NCBI GenBank assembly: GCA_020137815.1
Contig: CM035357.1
Coordinates: 6,634,001 to 6,698,000 of the forward strand
Reading direction: 5' to 3'
DNA: 64,000 nucleotides
DNA from: Hormiphora californensis
Taxonomy: Eukaryota; Animalia; Ctenophora
The translations under genes were made by a program, and so were the position numbers. The notes under the pieces were generated by a model. It did no database searches. It worked only from the letters and a program-made list of their open reading frames with translations, and was not told where the DNA came from. Within the stretch, counting starts at the first letter, position 1, and every line of letters starts with the position of its first letter. Below, in pieces: positions 1 through 15,226 of this stretch.

Positions 1-242
1 GTCAGGCGGGTCTAATAGCAGTCCTTGATACCACAGGGGCCTGGACAAATAGTGGTCTCATAACTTGGACACGACAACGTTTTACACAATTATATTTCCC
101 GGACAATCCCTCCCTATCCTCTCACAGTTATAGTTTAGTATTAATATGTTAATAGTTCATGTTGTTGAAGGTATTATAAAGATAGAATTTAAGAGGTTGA
201 GTAAGAAATGGGGTTAACGTTAACTTTCCTTCTCTCTCGCTC

Positions 243-298
<56 letters not shown>

Positions 299-486
299 TC
301 TCTCACCCTCTCTTTATGCTGAAAAACGTGTTCAAAAATAAAAGTGTCTCTCTCTCCATACCGTTATATACCTTTGTGAAGCAGGTTGTTCAATCAAAAT
401 GAACAAACACACACACAGAGAATTAGACCATGAAAAACATTGCTTAATAGAGTCCCTTTCTCTCACTCTCTCACTCTGCTTGTAGT

Positions 487-3565
<3,079 letters not shown>

Positions 3566-3869
3566 TTCTCCACCAGATAAGTAGCTCCCAGCGTTATTTC
3601 ATGCTACAAACAGAGAGAGGGGTCAGTAATTTTGGGGGAGTAGGTAAGAACTCATTTTATAAAGCAAATTAGACTTCAAAACAAATCGAAAATATAATAA
3701 TCGCAACAATGATTGACTAAAAAACTAAACACACTTCAAAGGATAAAAACTTCATCAAGACCAGCTTGACAAGAGGACAGTGTAAAAACTGAAGTTGCTG
3801 TTAAACACACATAAAAACGGAATCTCAGGCACAGAGGGAGACAGAGGAGGGAGAGAGAGAGATAGAGAG

Positions 3870-3930
<61 letters not shown>

Positions 3931-4061
3931 TATAGAGAGAAAGCTGGGACTAAGAGAGAAATAGAAAAAGCAAATCAGAGGGGGAGTGTGAGCGCAAAGA
4001 CGCGTGTGTATTTCCGGTAAAAACGCAGAGTGAGAGGTAGAGAGAGATAGAGAAAGAGAGC

Positions 4062-4141
<80 letters not shown>

Positions 4142-4694
4142 TAAAGAGGAATGTCAAAGAGGGAAGGGACAGAGCCAGGGGCAGAAATTGAGAAAAATAA
4201 AAAACGGAGAAGGAAAATAAGAAAGAATAAATTATATTTTATGAGAAAACCTTGTATTGTTTATACTATTATTTTTTATTTTATAAAATAATAGTCCCGT
4301 GCCCCGGGGGCGCGGGGGAGGTGCAACAGCACAAAGAAAACCAACACACGCAACAGAATCAGGAACACAGCCAGGTTGTATGGGCCGCTGTTATCTCTCT
4401 CACACATCTATTTCTAGCCCTCTCCATGTGGCATTTTATGTGATCTTAGTGTTCCCACAATTACGTCATGTGAGAGAGAACGAAGGAAGCGTGTCACACA
4501 ACTTTATTGGCGGCTAGCAGTCTCTAACCTCTCTAATTCACTGAACTGTGTGTGTGTTTACCGTGCATGGCATATTATGCGGAACATGCAACACATTTAC
4601 ACATTGGATACACACACACCCAGAGACAATACAAGTACACTGACTTAATCAATGTCCGATAAATCGAGGTTTGACTGCAATGATTTAAGAATCT

Positions 4695-6593
4695 TCAATC
4701 ACCAAGAGAGAAATCCATGGTGACAACATTCAACAGTCGACCCACACTCTCTGCTATAAACTCCAGGGGTATATCCCCAATATGTACAGTTAAGATCTCA
4801 AAACACCGCACCTCACCCATGCCTTGTTTCCCAAAATAATGTTCCATCATCTTCCTATACTGTAGGCACTGCATCTCAAATTGTGGCCGGTCTGGTACCC
4901 ACTGGTCCTTTGTTGTAGGAGGACTGATCCGGATCCCCTCTCGGCTGGTGAAACAACACACATACCCGTACTGCAGCTCCCGTTTCCTCATGTATCCAGA
5001 GAGGTACCCCGCCCGGAACATTGATCTACCAAATCTGTGGAGGGTCCGCTGGATAGAGTGACAGAATCGGGAACTATCACCTGTCTCCCCTGTCAAGGAG
5101 GGTACTACTACACGGTGGGTGCTACGGTTTATCACCACAAAGTGGGCCATACCAGGGAAATCAACGAGGTAGTTACCCAGAGTGAAATTCCGTTGTGCCT
5201 TGACTAGAAGGAAGGAGGAGGAATCACGGAGTCCGTTTGAGACATTCTGGTATATTGACTGGATAGCACCAGTGTTACACTCCGATGTTGTGTCCCCTTC
5301 AGAACAGTAGATAACGTAGAAAATCCGGCGGAGTTTGGTGATTAAGGAGGAAAGTGGTGCTTCGATCTGTCTGATAAGGGTGGCCTGTTGTCTGAACTTG
5401 CTATCAACCATTTTCCAATCTCGTACAGCGTCGTTCCACTTTTTAAGAAGATCTCCCGATCCTTTCAAATCCTTCTCGATGTTCTTGTTATACACCTCCA
5501 GTAAGCCCCTGTTTTTGTTGAACGTCTCCTTTATCAGCGCTATATCCTTATCTTTCTCACCCTGAGGCACCACCCCATCCTCTGCACTCTCCCATCTCTT
5601 GATCGTATCCCCTAGCAACCGGTTCATCTTGGATAACTTTTGGATTGTACCGCATATATTTGGTGCTACTGCAGTTTTTATCTCCGCTTGTAACACTAGT
5701 GTTATCCCGGGTCTAATAGAAACTGCAGTCAGAGTATACGGGATATAATTGTTAGGATGACCCTTCCGCTTGATAAACACCGTCTGCTGGTGACTCTTCA
5801 TGTCCCTGAGATCCCCCGCACTACTGTAGTTATCGATATCAACAGGTGACCGGGGCAGGGAGATGTGGGATAGAAATATCAGGAGAAGTCTATCGAGTGG
5901 ATCAATTGAGTTGTGGAGACCTTGAGAGGTGCTCCGTGTACAAATCAACTTCCCATTAGACATCAACATAGCCTGACAATATCCACTATCAATCCCCCGA
6001 GCTGCGTCCAGAGCTGCCGACACTATCTCCCACGCCTGTCGTTTTAGCACAGGATTAACGTGGAGATCCTCAACTCCTTCAAACAGGAAACTCGGCTGGA
6101 AGTGTTCCTCGTATATCTCTTGGAAGTAGGAACTGTCTGGGTTGGTATATTTATCTGAACTGCCCCTGACATCACCCCAACTATCCATAAAGAATGATAT
6201 CCTATTCCACAACCTCTCCCTCAGTTGGGGATCCTCAGGTCGGAGGCAGTGAATAGCAGGCCCGAGATGAAGTTTAGCTACCTTCTCAAACAGCACACAT
6301 CTCTCTATCGCATCCTCAATTGCACACCTATCAATACAGATCACGTCGATGGTATCAAAGCGGTGGAAAGCAACATTGTGGCCGTCATGGAGTCGAACAC
6401 TTTCAAGAGGGTTGTTCAGGTTCTCCTGCTGTTTGGTCTGAGCGAATGTGACAGTGGAAAAGAACTGCAGAACAGCATCAAGGAAGTGGTGATCTGGACC
6501 GTACATTGATGTGATTTTATCAGTGAATTCAGCATCACACCGGGCGTAAATGATGTCATTCTTGACGTTGTTGAATGCCACTAAACTTCGCAT
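4695..6593 (-). CDS. HPS1: Hermansky-Pudlak syndrome 1 homolog (BLOC-3 subunit, longin-domain Rab32/38 GEF), intronless, 632 aa
   Basis: Long open ORF. Motifs FLLVKAQRNFTLGNYLVDFPGMAHFVVINRSTHRVVVPSL and YRKMMEHYF...VRCFEILTVHIGDIP match the recalled HPS1 C-terminal longin region. Confidence 0.85.
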   Translation of the reverse strand: MRSLVAFNNVKNDIIYARCDAEFTDKITSMYGPDHHFLDAVLQFFSTVTFAQTKQQENLNNPLESVRLHDGHNVAFHRFDTIDVICIDRCAIEDAIERCVLFEKVAKLHLGPAIHCLRPEDPQLRERLWNRISFFMDSWGDVRGSSDKYTNPDSSYFQEIYEEHFQPSFLFEGVEDLHVNPVLKRQAWEIVSAALDAARGIDSGYCQAMLMSNGKLICTRSTSQGLHNSIDPLDRLLLIFLSHISLPRSPVDIDNYSSAGDLRDMKSHQQTVFIKRKGHPNNYIPYTLTAVSIRPGITLVLQAEIKTAVAPNICGTIQKLSKMNRLLGDTIKRWESAEDGVVPQGEKDKDIALIKETFNKNRGLLEVYNKNIEKDLKGSGDLLKKWNDAVRDWKMVDSKFRQQATLIRQIEAPLSSLITKLRRIFYVIYCSEGDTTSECNTGAIQSIYQNVSNGLRDSSSFLLVKAQRNFTLGNYLVDFPGMAHFVVINRSTHRVVVPSLTGETGDSSRFCHSIQRTLHRFGRSMFRAGYLSGYMRKRELQYGYVCCFTSREGIRISPPTTKDQWVPDRPQFEMQCLQYRKMMEHYFGKQGMGEVRCFEILTVHIGDIPLEFIAESVGRLLNVVTMDFSLGD

Positions 6594-6776
6594 TCCTCGA
6601 GTTTACCTCATGTATCATGTACACTTCTGAGAAGCCCTACAAGGGGGAAGTGATGGGGAGTGAGGTTCATGTTACAACAGATAAAATGGCTAAAAATAGA
6701 AGACAACCCCAAACAAAATAATGTTGTAAAAACAGGATGCGATAGATAAAATAAATTAAAAAACTCAATAACACAT

Positions 6777-7717
6777 CTAGCTTCCCTCCTCCGACTGTGC
6801 ACCGTATCTCTCTTCCCCTCTGAGAAGGCATTCCACACAGGTAACGAGGTTATCATAGAACGAGCACGTTGCCACTAACCCTGTATCCCCTAACCAACTT
6901 GCACCATACGCCAGAGACCCATGATCAGTATAGGATGTGACTATATCCAATGTATCTCGATATAACACATGAAAACCCACTATGCATCCCAGCCACAAGG
7001 ATATGATCACGTGACTGTTTCAACCTCCAATACTCCACCTCCCACTGAGGATGTATGGAGGGGTGTCCGTGGGTTCCTAGTGTCCCACCTCCTGACCACC
7101 TCATCGTAGCACCCAGTTAGTACGTGATGTTCATGTTCGGGTGAAATACAACAAACACCCATGGTGTGTTCTTTAGTGTTACTAAAAATAGAAACACCAG
7201 ATCGAATATCAGTAGCTTTGAAAACACAATCATCCCCACCAGAGTAGAGAGTATCACCAGACACCCCAATACCCCACACCTCCCAACCCCAACCCCTGGA
7301 ACCATGCAGAGCGGGGAAGGTAGCTGAGACAGAGCTGAGAGAGGGATCCAGAAGGAAAGCTGAACCTTTATTATCACTGACTGCAGTAGTAACACCATCA
7401 CTCTCTACTGCTAACAAGATGTTACCGGGAGATACCTCAATAGTGCGGTCCTTATCATCCGTTATAAGGTGAACTTCACCGGACGCTTTAGCGGCTAGAA
7501 GTGTCTCCCCATCAGGTGTCCACAGTAGATCCAACACCCCTCCAGTTTCCCATTTCCTAATCTCCTTCATGCCATCTGATTCCCATCCCATAAGGGTCAC
7601 ATCACCAGGTCTCATATCACTCTCTAGCTGGTATGTTGCCACTGCAAACTCATTTCTTCCTGGTCTCTGTTCGACACTGTCCGCTGTGTACTGCGTGACA
7701 TACCGGCCAAGCAACAT
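6777..7717 (-). CDS. DPH7: Diphthine methyl ester hydrolase, WD40 (DPH7/WDR85), intronless, with two apparent +1 frameshifts
   Basis: Motifs YTADSVE, VATYQL, LYSGGDD, HTMGV, TGCYDE.VRRWDTRN, GGGV/WRLK, GMHSGF, HGSLAYGASW and ATCSFYDN. The likely start is ATG 7717, which follows a pyrimidine-rich AG. The frame is broken at about 7030 and about 6973. Confidence 0.9.
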
Positions 7718-7834
7718 ACTGCTACAGGAAGATATGGGGATATTACACCGAGATATCGTCATAGCAACAATATATAGAGGGTCAGGGGTCACGTGTCTGA
7801 GGGTAAATATCAGGGTGGTCACGTGATATATGTT

Positions 7835-8317
7835 TTAATGAGGCTGAGGAACGTGCCCATCAACATAAAAGTTCCGTGTTACCCTGGGTAACTCAACTGT
7901 TATCCCATCCAACTCCTGACTCAGTACTATCTGACAACTCAGTCTACTGTTCTCTCTGAGATCAGGTGCCATGTCCAACATGTCCTCTTCCTCCTCTGAT
8001 ATCTCCCCCAGTTTATCAAACGAGGCATCATCCACATACACGTGACAAGTACAACACGCTAGAGATGCCTCACATGCCCCCTCTATATCAATCCCATTTG
8101 AGTGTGCCAGATACATGACGTTGTCTCCCTCTCTGGCAGTTAGAGTTCTAGTACTGCCGTCCTTCAGGATGTAGTTGATGGTAACGGGAGGAGCGGTGGA
8201 GGGAGCAGGGGAACCTCCGTGGAGAAGTAGAGGCGCTGTGTGGAGACGGCGTGAGATGAGGAGCGAGGTTATTGGTTTAGTAAGGGACATTAGACTTCTG
8301 ATACATTTAGTGGCCAT
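7835..8317 (-). CDS. FDX2: Mitochondrial [2Fe-2S] ferredoxin-2 (adrenodoxin-like), intronless
   Basis: N-terminal basic transit-like peptide, GACEASLACCTCHV, EEEEDMLDMA, SRLSCQI, and the FDX2-type C-terminus TRNFYVDGHVPQPH. Confidence 0.95.
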   Translation of the reverse strand: MATKCIRSLMSLTKPITSLLISRRLHTAPLLLHGGSPAPSTAPPVTINYILKDGSTRTLTAREGDNVMYLAHSNGIDIEGACEASLACCTCHVYVDDASFDKLGEISEEEEDMLDMAPDLRENSRLSCQIVLSQELDGITVELPRVTRNFYVDGHVPQPH

Positions 8318-9129
8318 CGCTATAAAGGAGAGGTATCATTCAGTTATCGATTGATTTTAGAGGAATGATTGTTCGACCGGTAGTTTAAATGAGAGAGAGC
8401 TAGGGAGAGCACGCGAAAGATAAAAGTTACGATATAATGCGCTGTGTTTCTATCCCGTCCGTAGGGCGGGTACGGTTTTGCTAGTAAATAAAATGTATCG
8501 CAAACTTCAAAAAAATGACTCCCCCCCCCCCCCCGAAATTTCCGGGTACCTTTTTAGTGACAATTGGCCATTTCTAAGCTTATTAGGGACACATTGGGCA
8601 TTATTTAAGCAGTGTAGAGACCACTGGGGAGTAGGAGGAGGGCAGTGAGTGATTGTTGAATGTTAAAGGAAGAACTGAGTGACAAAATGAGGTGTTTGAA
8701 CTGAGAGAACGAGAGTAACAGGAAACGAGAAACGATCAGAATGCAATGAGGTTTCCGGGAAGTGTGACACGAAGTGGTAACCATGTTTACGGGCCTCCGC
8801 AAGCAACTCTAAAAGTGGACTTTTAAATAAATATGAAATAAAATGCATCGCAAACAACACAGAGATTCTTGGAAATAGTTGTTTGATAACAAAGTTAGTT
8901 TACAAAAATACTTGACACTGCTGTTTTATGTAGAAGAGATAAATAATATACTGCTTCAATCCTTTTCACCCATTTTATACTTCCACTTGACTTTCAAAGT
9001 CTTATTCTCTCGCTCACTTTCCGTTCTACCTCTAGTATATCTCACGCTCTCAATATTATAATATCTCGCCTAATATATAATATACTGCAGCTAAGAAAGA
9101 TTAATTATATAGAAGCTCACAACCACAAT

Positions 9130-9295
9130 TCTCTACACAACACACATGTGTCTCTTGGAAGACAACAAATTGTATCACCACAACACATGTCTCATTTTGT
9201 AAGAGACAACAACACATGTCTCCCTAGCAACTCGTAAGAGACAACAACACATGTCTCCCTAACAACTCGTAAGAGACAACAATATACATGTCTCA
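9130..9295. repeat. ~35-bp degenerate tandem repeat (aagagacaacaacacatgtctcc...)
   Basis: About 4 imperfect copies downstream of the TMEM64 stop. Confidence 0.7.
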
Positions 9296-9675
9296 TATAT
9301 CACAACAGAATATACTTGAAATCACGCACCTCCTAACATACACAAACAACAACATCATTATATTATACGGGGTGGGCACAGAAAATATGGGCATCACAAT
9401 GGGAATATAGTTCACGCTGTATTAGAGACAGTGTACAATATAGCAGTAGCTCTTACAAACACATAAAAACATACTCTTTCTCTCTAACACACAGCAGTTC
9501 AGAGTTTTATACCAACACAAAATCTCCCCCAGCTCCATAGTCCATTATAGTCAGATGATGTTGATAATGATGTTCAGAGCATCTCCAGTAGTAGTTAGGA
9601 ATATAGTGGGGTGTGTAGTTCTTGGTATAAAGCTCTGTGCCCTGATCTCACATCACTAGACTCCAGTTCAGTACT

Positions 9676-12600
9676 TCATCTAAACTGGAGGGGCTGGTTG
9701 ATAATCTTCTGCTTCGACATCAGCACAGCAGAGGCACTTTTAGACCGGGTGTGGCCCTTCTTGTACCCCTCCCCAGCCTCCAGATCCTTCTCCCTCTCCC
9801 CAGCCTCGATGTTCCTATTGATCTCTTTCCTTGCTAACCGCGTTACAAACACCATCAAGAATATAGAGATGAGGAGTTGGAAGGAGAAGATAACGTAACT
9901 CTCACCATCACTCGATACCACATCCTTCATCGATCTGAGAGAGTGGTTTAGGGTTATAATTAGGTGTCTGCGATAAGCGAGAAATTGAAACGAATTGTAA
10001 TGTAACTAGAAGAGTAATGACTAGGATTAGTAACGAGCTAGTAATGACTAGGATTAGTAACGAGCGAGTTATGACTAGGATTAGTAACGAGCGAGTAATG
10101 ACTAGGATTAGTAACGAGCGAATGACTAGGACTAATGACAAGTCACCTGAGAGTGGTCCCAAAGAAAGTATTGAGGACCTGGGTTGGCAGTAAACCCGTC
10201 ACTGTAGCAAAGGTATACTTGAATATTGAGATGTTGGTTAGAGCGAAGACGGCGTTCTGGAAACCGAACGGTAGTGGAGTTAGTCGCGTTAGGGCAATGA
10301 TTTTTATACAGTTTTTACCCTCGATAATTCTCCTAATCGCCATTAAACTTCCCGTATCCTCGCTCTCTCCGCTATCCAAATATTTTTGGATCCACCCCGC
10401 TAGACACTTCCTGATGATGAAAAATGCCAGGATGGATCCGGTTGTAACGGAGATGAAGATTATCAACATACCCAACCAGAACCCGTACATGTAGCCCGCA
10501 GCGATGTTGAGGATTAGGTAGCCGAAGGAGCCCGGGAGGGAAATAATGGTGAATAGGAAGACAAATATTAGACCACTCTGCCATCTTGGAAGATAATCCA
10601 ACCAGTTTAGGAAATCCTGGAAATATACAGAGCGCGTTAGAGAGTTTAGATCGTGTTTAGAAGTATTTAGAATCGGCTAAAGAGTTCCTGTTTTCTATTA
10701 CAATGGGGGGGGGGGTGCAGCCCCAAAAAAAATCAAACTTTTTCCGAAACCCAGGGTATGGTTGATTTTTTTTGGTTTTTTTTGGTTGAAATTTCTTTGA
10801 TTTTTTTTGGTCGTTTTTGATTTTTTTTGGTCGTTTTTGATTTTTTTTGATCGTTTTTGATTTTTTTTGATCGTTTTTGAATTTTTTTGATCGTTTTTGA
10901 ATTTTTTTGATCATTTTTGATTTTTTAAATGTTTAATGTTTTTTGGTCGTCTTTGATTTTTTTTGGTCGTTTTTGATTTTTTTTGATCGTTTTTGATTTT
11001 TTATGAATTTTTTTGATCGTTTTTGATCGTTTTTGATTTTTAAATGTTCAATGTTGAACAAAAAAGTTCAAAAAAAATCAAAAACGATCAAAAACGATCA
11101 AAAAAGTTCAAAAAAAATCAAAAACGATAAAAAAAATCAAAAAAGATCAAAAAAAATCAAAAAAGATCAAAAAAAGTCAAAAAAAATCAAAAACGACCAA
11201 AAAAAATCAACACTTTTGAAAATCCAGGGTATGGTTGGTTTTTTTTTGGGCTGCACCCCCCCCCCCTACAATTCATTCTCAGCTGTCCAACTCACCTCTA
11301 AGTGATCACGGCAAAATATAAAGACAATACAGCAGACTAGAAGAAAGAGCAGGGCGGGAATTCCGCAGGACCTCCATGACCGCTTCGAACTAGCAGCTTT
11401 CTTTGCTACCAACTCATCTAATTTCGTCTGAAGAGGGGGGATGTTAATATTCAATTTACAAGATATTGTTACAAAATATGTCCCCTATTTCTTATCATTT
11501 TATATGGTCAAATTACGAGCTTTATTTCTTATTTCTATTCGTATCTTCTGTGAGTTGATTTATACATCGTCTTCTTCTTCTTCTTCTATTAGGCCGTCTC
11601 CACCATGGGTGAGATTGAGGGGTGGTACCATAGAGATTCCTTTCCCCGGCCTGGTTTGAGGGTGGAATTTCTTAGTCCTCTTCCCCCCGGTTTAACTGTT
11701 TCAGGATATCCATGAAGAATGAAACAGTCTTGGTGATCGGGAAGCCATTCTTGATGTCATCGAGGGTTAAACCAAGCCGATCAAACCTCTCTTGTCGCTC
11801 TTTCCAGAGAGCTGGACAGTCTGTGAGGAGGTGTTTGGCTGTTTCATTTTCTATGCCGCATAGGCGGCAGGTTGGAGTGTTTGCTAGTTTCATCTTGTGA
11901 AAATGGTATTTAAGTGTGTTGTGCCCAGTTAGAAGCTGGGTTGCCGCTCTCAAGTGATTTCGGTCCAGGTGCTGGAGCTGTTTGCCGTGGTTCGGGTTCC
12001 AGAAAAGATTCATGTGAGCCGTTGGAGCCGTTGTCATTTTTATCTTCTCCCTTATACATCGTCATACAGAATACTTATGTTATTCTAACTTTAGCTTTCA
12101 TATATTCCAACATTCATTAATATGCTCCCCCTCGATCTACCATCTCCACCCCCCCCCCCTAGAGTGTGTACGTCATACGGTTCAATAAAACTGCCTTTTT
12201 TAGAATAAGAGAAACAGGGCAGGCTACCGATTTCTCACCTCTTGTCCCCCCTCCCCCCTCTGTATCTCTCACCTCTTGTCACCCCTCCACCCTCTGTATC
12301 TCACCTGTTGTCCAAGGCAGTTGTGGGGAAGCAGCTCATCCTCGTGAACACAATAGTTCATCAGTTGGCTGAGGGAGGGAGTGTGTTATTGTAACATTGT
12401 TTAACACAGTTCTACTCTAATGCGAGAGAGAGAGAGTGCAACAAATTCGGCTGCATGCTAGACAACACTGCTCCACAACTTAATATATGCAAATATGTGT
12501 GTAGCAAAAGATCAGTGCAGAGCTGCAATAAAACCATGGAAAGCAAGGGTAGAGTATAAAATCGTGCAGGCAGCATTATAGGTGTAGCATGTCTAGTGCA

Positions 12601-12923
12601 CTTTCTCTTTCAATGCTCCCCATACCACTTCTCGTACTCAATGCTACGTCTAGTCGTTCGGTTCACCTCCCTTTCCCTCAGCTAATTTCCCAGCCCTACC
12701 ACGTACATGCTAAACACCCCTCCCCATCCTAGCTCAGCTCTCTATTATCCCAGCTGCTCTACCTGGAAGGTCTGCTCGGTGGCATAAGGTCATGTTTTCC
12801 CAGTGTTGTTTCTGCTGTTTCTGCTAGTAGTGTGTTGTTGTTGTCTTGGTGAGGTGATGACTGTGATTTGGTCAGTCTCTCAGACAGTACCACCCTGTAG
12901 CCGTGTTGGTGTCTCTGTGTGTT
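9676..12923 (-). CDS. TMEM64: TMEM64 (VTT/SNARE-associated Golgi family membrane protein); 5' exons tentative
   Basis: Exons 11427-11296, 10616-10147 and 9934-9676 splice in frame. Motifs GYLILNIAAGYMYGFWLG and LTRLTPLPFGFQNAVF. Candidate upstream exons about 12923-12763 and 12368-12305 are phase-compatible. Confidence 0.88.
10014..10140. repeat. 27-bp minisatellite (gtaatgactaggattagtaacgagcga) x~4.5 in a TMEM64 intron
   Basis: Direct tandem copies visible. Confidence 0.9.
10705..11266. mobile_element. Foldback-type non-autonomous DNA element with G-run/C-run TIRs and internal inverted ~20-bp tandem arrays
   Basis: Ends GnTGCAGCCC-A8 and T9-GGGCTGCACn. The left arm is (tttttttgatcgtttttga)n and the right arm is its reverse complement. 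TACAAT flanks both sides (10699-10704, 11267-11272). Confidence 0.85.
11572..12051 (-). mobile_element. 5'-truncated non-LTR retrotransposon (ORF2 C-terminal CCHC region, I/LOA-like) with (GAA)n tail
   Basis: ORF 11672-12037 has LLTGH...CRLCGIENETAKHLLTDCP. The 3' tail is GAAGAAGAAGAAGAA. A 12-bp TSD ttatacatcgtc lies at 11560-11571 and 12052-12063. The element sits in a TMEM64 intron. Confidence 0.92.
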
Positions 12924-12994
12924 CTAGGAGACCTGTTATACCATGGGGTGATGCTAGATGTCAGGGGGAGGGGTGAGGGATACAGTAAAATAAT

Positions 12995-15194
12995 AATGTA
13001 GCAACTAGCAAGCTTGATTGTAATAATCTTAGTTCTGATAAAACTACTAGGAATGCGAAAAAACAAGCTCCCCATACTAAGTTTGGACAAACTCGGTAAC
13101 CTGTGATTATAACAGCTCTATAACATTCTACAGCACAATGTACTGTTTACTACAAGACACAATCATCCTAATTGTTGCACTAATGGCTATTTCATATTTA
13201 TTACTACAGATCTTTTTTAGGCGGTAATTGCAGCGAATTCGTTAATTAGCGGCAATAATTGGACTTTTTTACAGAAGAGCGTCTGTACAAAGCATACGAT
13301 TTATGATCTATTAGCCAGCAGGCTGGGCCTCATGCAAATACGCACTACTAGAGCGAAGTAAGAGAAGGCGTAGTGGAAGTACGAATTAACACGAGTATAA
13401 AGTAAAAACGGAATGAAGAACCATATGAAAATTGTATTGGTTGACAACATGGATCTACGTCGAAATATGTTGTCAATACAAGTAACCAAAACGAACGCTA
13501 AACCAGATATTAAGACAATCAGCTGAAGTACAACGTTGACATAGACTAGGACGTAAGGGGTACAAATGGATAGGAAATTAAAATCGCGAAAAAGTAATGA
13601 GAATCGCGAAAATAAGGCCTCGAAAAATCGTTACGACAATTGTGAGATAAGCTATACAAACAGATCATGTCGCCGGTGAGACAGCGGGTTAATAGCGGGC
13701 TAATGAATGTATAATGAGAGGCTCTGTACAGCAACAGATTATAGAAACATAGCAGAATGTCCACATGAAATCAAAAGAGACGAAAAGAAAGAGAGAGCAT
13801 GGCCATTAACAGCGATTTAATGTACGAAATGAAAGAAGCCTATGAAAATTGTTATTGGTTGCTAGCAGGGATTCGTCGTTGGAACCGTAGTAGACCTACG
13901 AACCTTAGTAGACTAGAATAGTAGAGACCAGACATGGTTGTGAGTACACAGGCCTATTGACAGTGAGACAGACTCACAAACAAAGACAATAGATGGGAGA
14001 GAGAGAGAGAGAGAGGGAAGAGAAGAGAGAGAAAAGGAGAGAGAGAGACGAGATCGAGAGGGATCGTAAATATATGTAGTCAACTAGCCATCTTGATTGT
14101 ATCAGGCTTAGTTCTGAGTAAACTATAAGAATTCGAAAAACAGCTCCCCATACTAGTTTGTGGACAACTCGGTAACCTGTGATTATATCCGCCCGGCCTA
14201 TACCTCACCAGTACTGTTACTACAAGACACAATCATCCTAGTACTGTAAAACTACTAATTTTCGTGAGATTTTTATTTTCGCTCTTTATTTTTGGCTGGA
14301 AAATCCGCGAAAATTAATTCCGCGAAAATATTTTGGACGATTTTTTACAGAAAGCTCGTGCAATGAGAAAATGCTCACATTTCATTGGTCTATGCCAAGC
14401 AGGTCTGGTGTCTCATGGCAATGATGACTGCACTCTTGGCGTAATTACACGGGTGCTTGTAGTGAGAATACGGTATCAGTTCAACACGGTATCAGTGAAA
14501 AACGGTAAATTGAGACCAATCAGAACGCCAGGTTGACAACACATGACACCGAAATATATGTATTTCAAATACATATGTATTTCAGAAACCGTAATGGTCA
14601 AAAACCGTATTATTCAGACACCATATTCCCACTACAAGCAGCACTGTTAGACAATAGACTAGGACCGTGAAATGGGGGTAGCAGTGGGATAAGCGAAAAT
14701 TAAAATCGCGAAAATAGTCAATTTTGATCGAATCGCGAAAATTAATGGCCTCGAAAATATCTAGTTTTACAGTACTAATTGTTGAGCACTAATGGCTTTA
14801 TACCTAAACAGATCATGTCTTTAGTCCGGTATTGAGTGACAGTTCGGGTTAATTAGCGGGCTAATTGAACGTGTTACTAATTGAGAGGGCCTCTTGTACA
14901 GCATACAGAATTATAGAATACTAATTAGCACTGACATGGTCCCTGACATGAAATATCAAATAATAGAGACAGAAAGAGAAAGAGAGAGGACATGGCCAAT
15001 TAACAGCGAGTTTAAATGTACGAAAATGAAAGAAGCCTATGAAAATTGTTATTGGTTGCTAGCAGGGATTCGTCGTTGGAACCGTAGTAGACCATACGAA
15101 CCTTAGTAGACTAGAATAGTAGAGACAGACATGGTTGTGAGTTACACAGGCCTATTGACAGTGAGACAGACTCACAAACAAAGACAATAGATGG

Positions 15195-15226
<32 letters not shown>

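Noticed and set aside
208-402. SL/ER dipeptide ORFs here and at other (GA)n tracts
   Set aside because: These are microsatellite translations.
7762-7822. Longer DPH7 N-terminus from the ORF track (start 7822 or ATG 7762)
   Set aside because: Homology begins near MLLGRY..YTADSVE and an acceptor precedes ATG 7717; the upstream starts are non-ATG or fall in the spacer.
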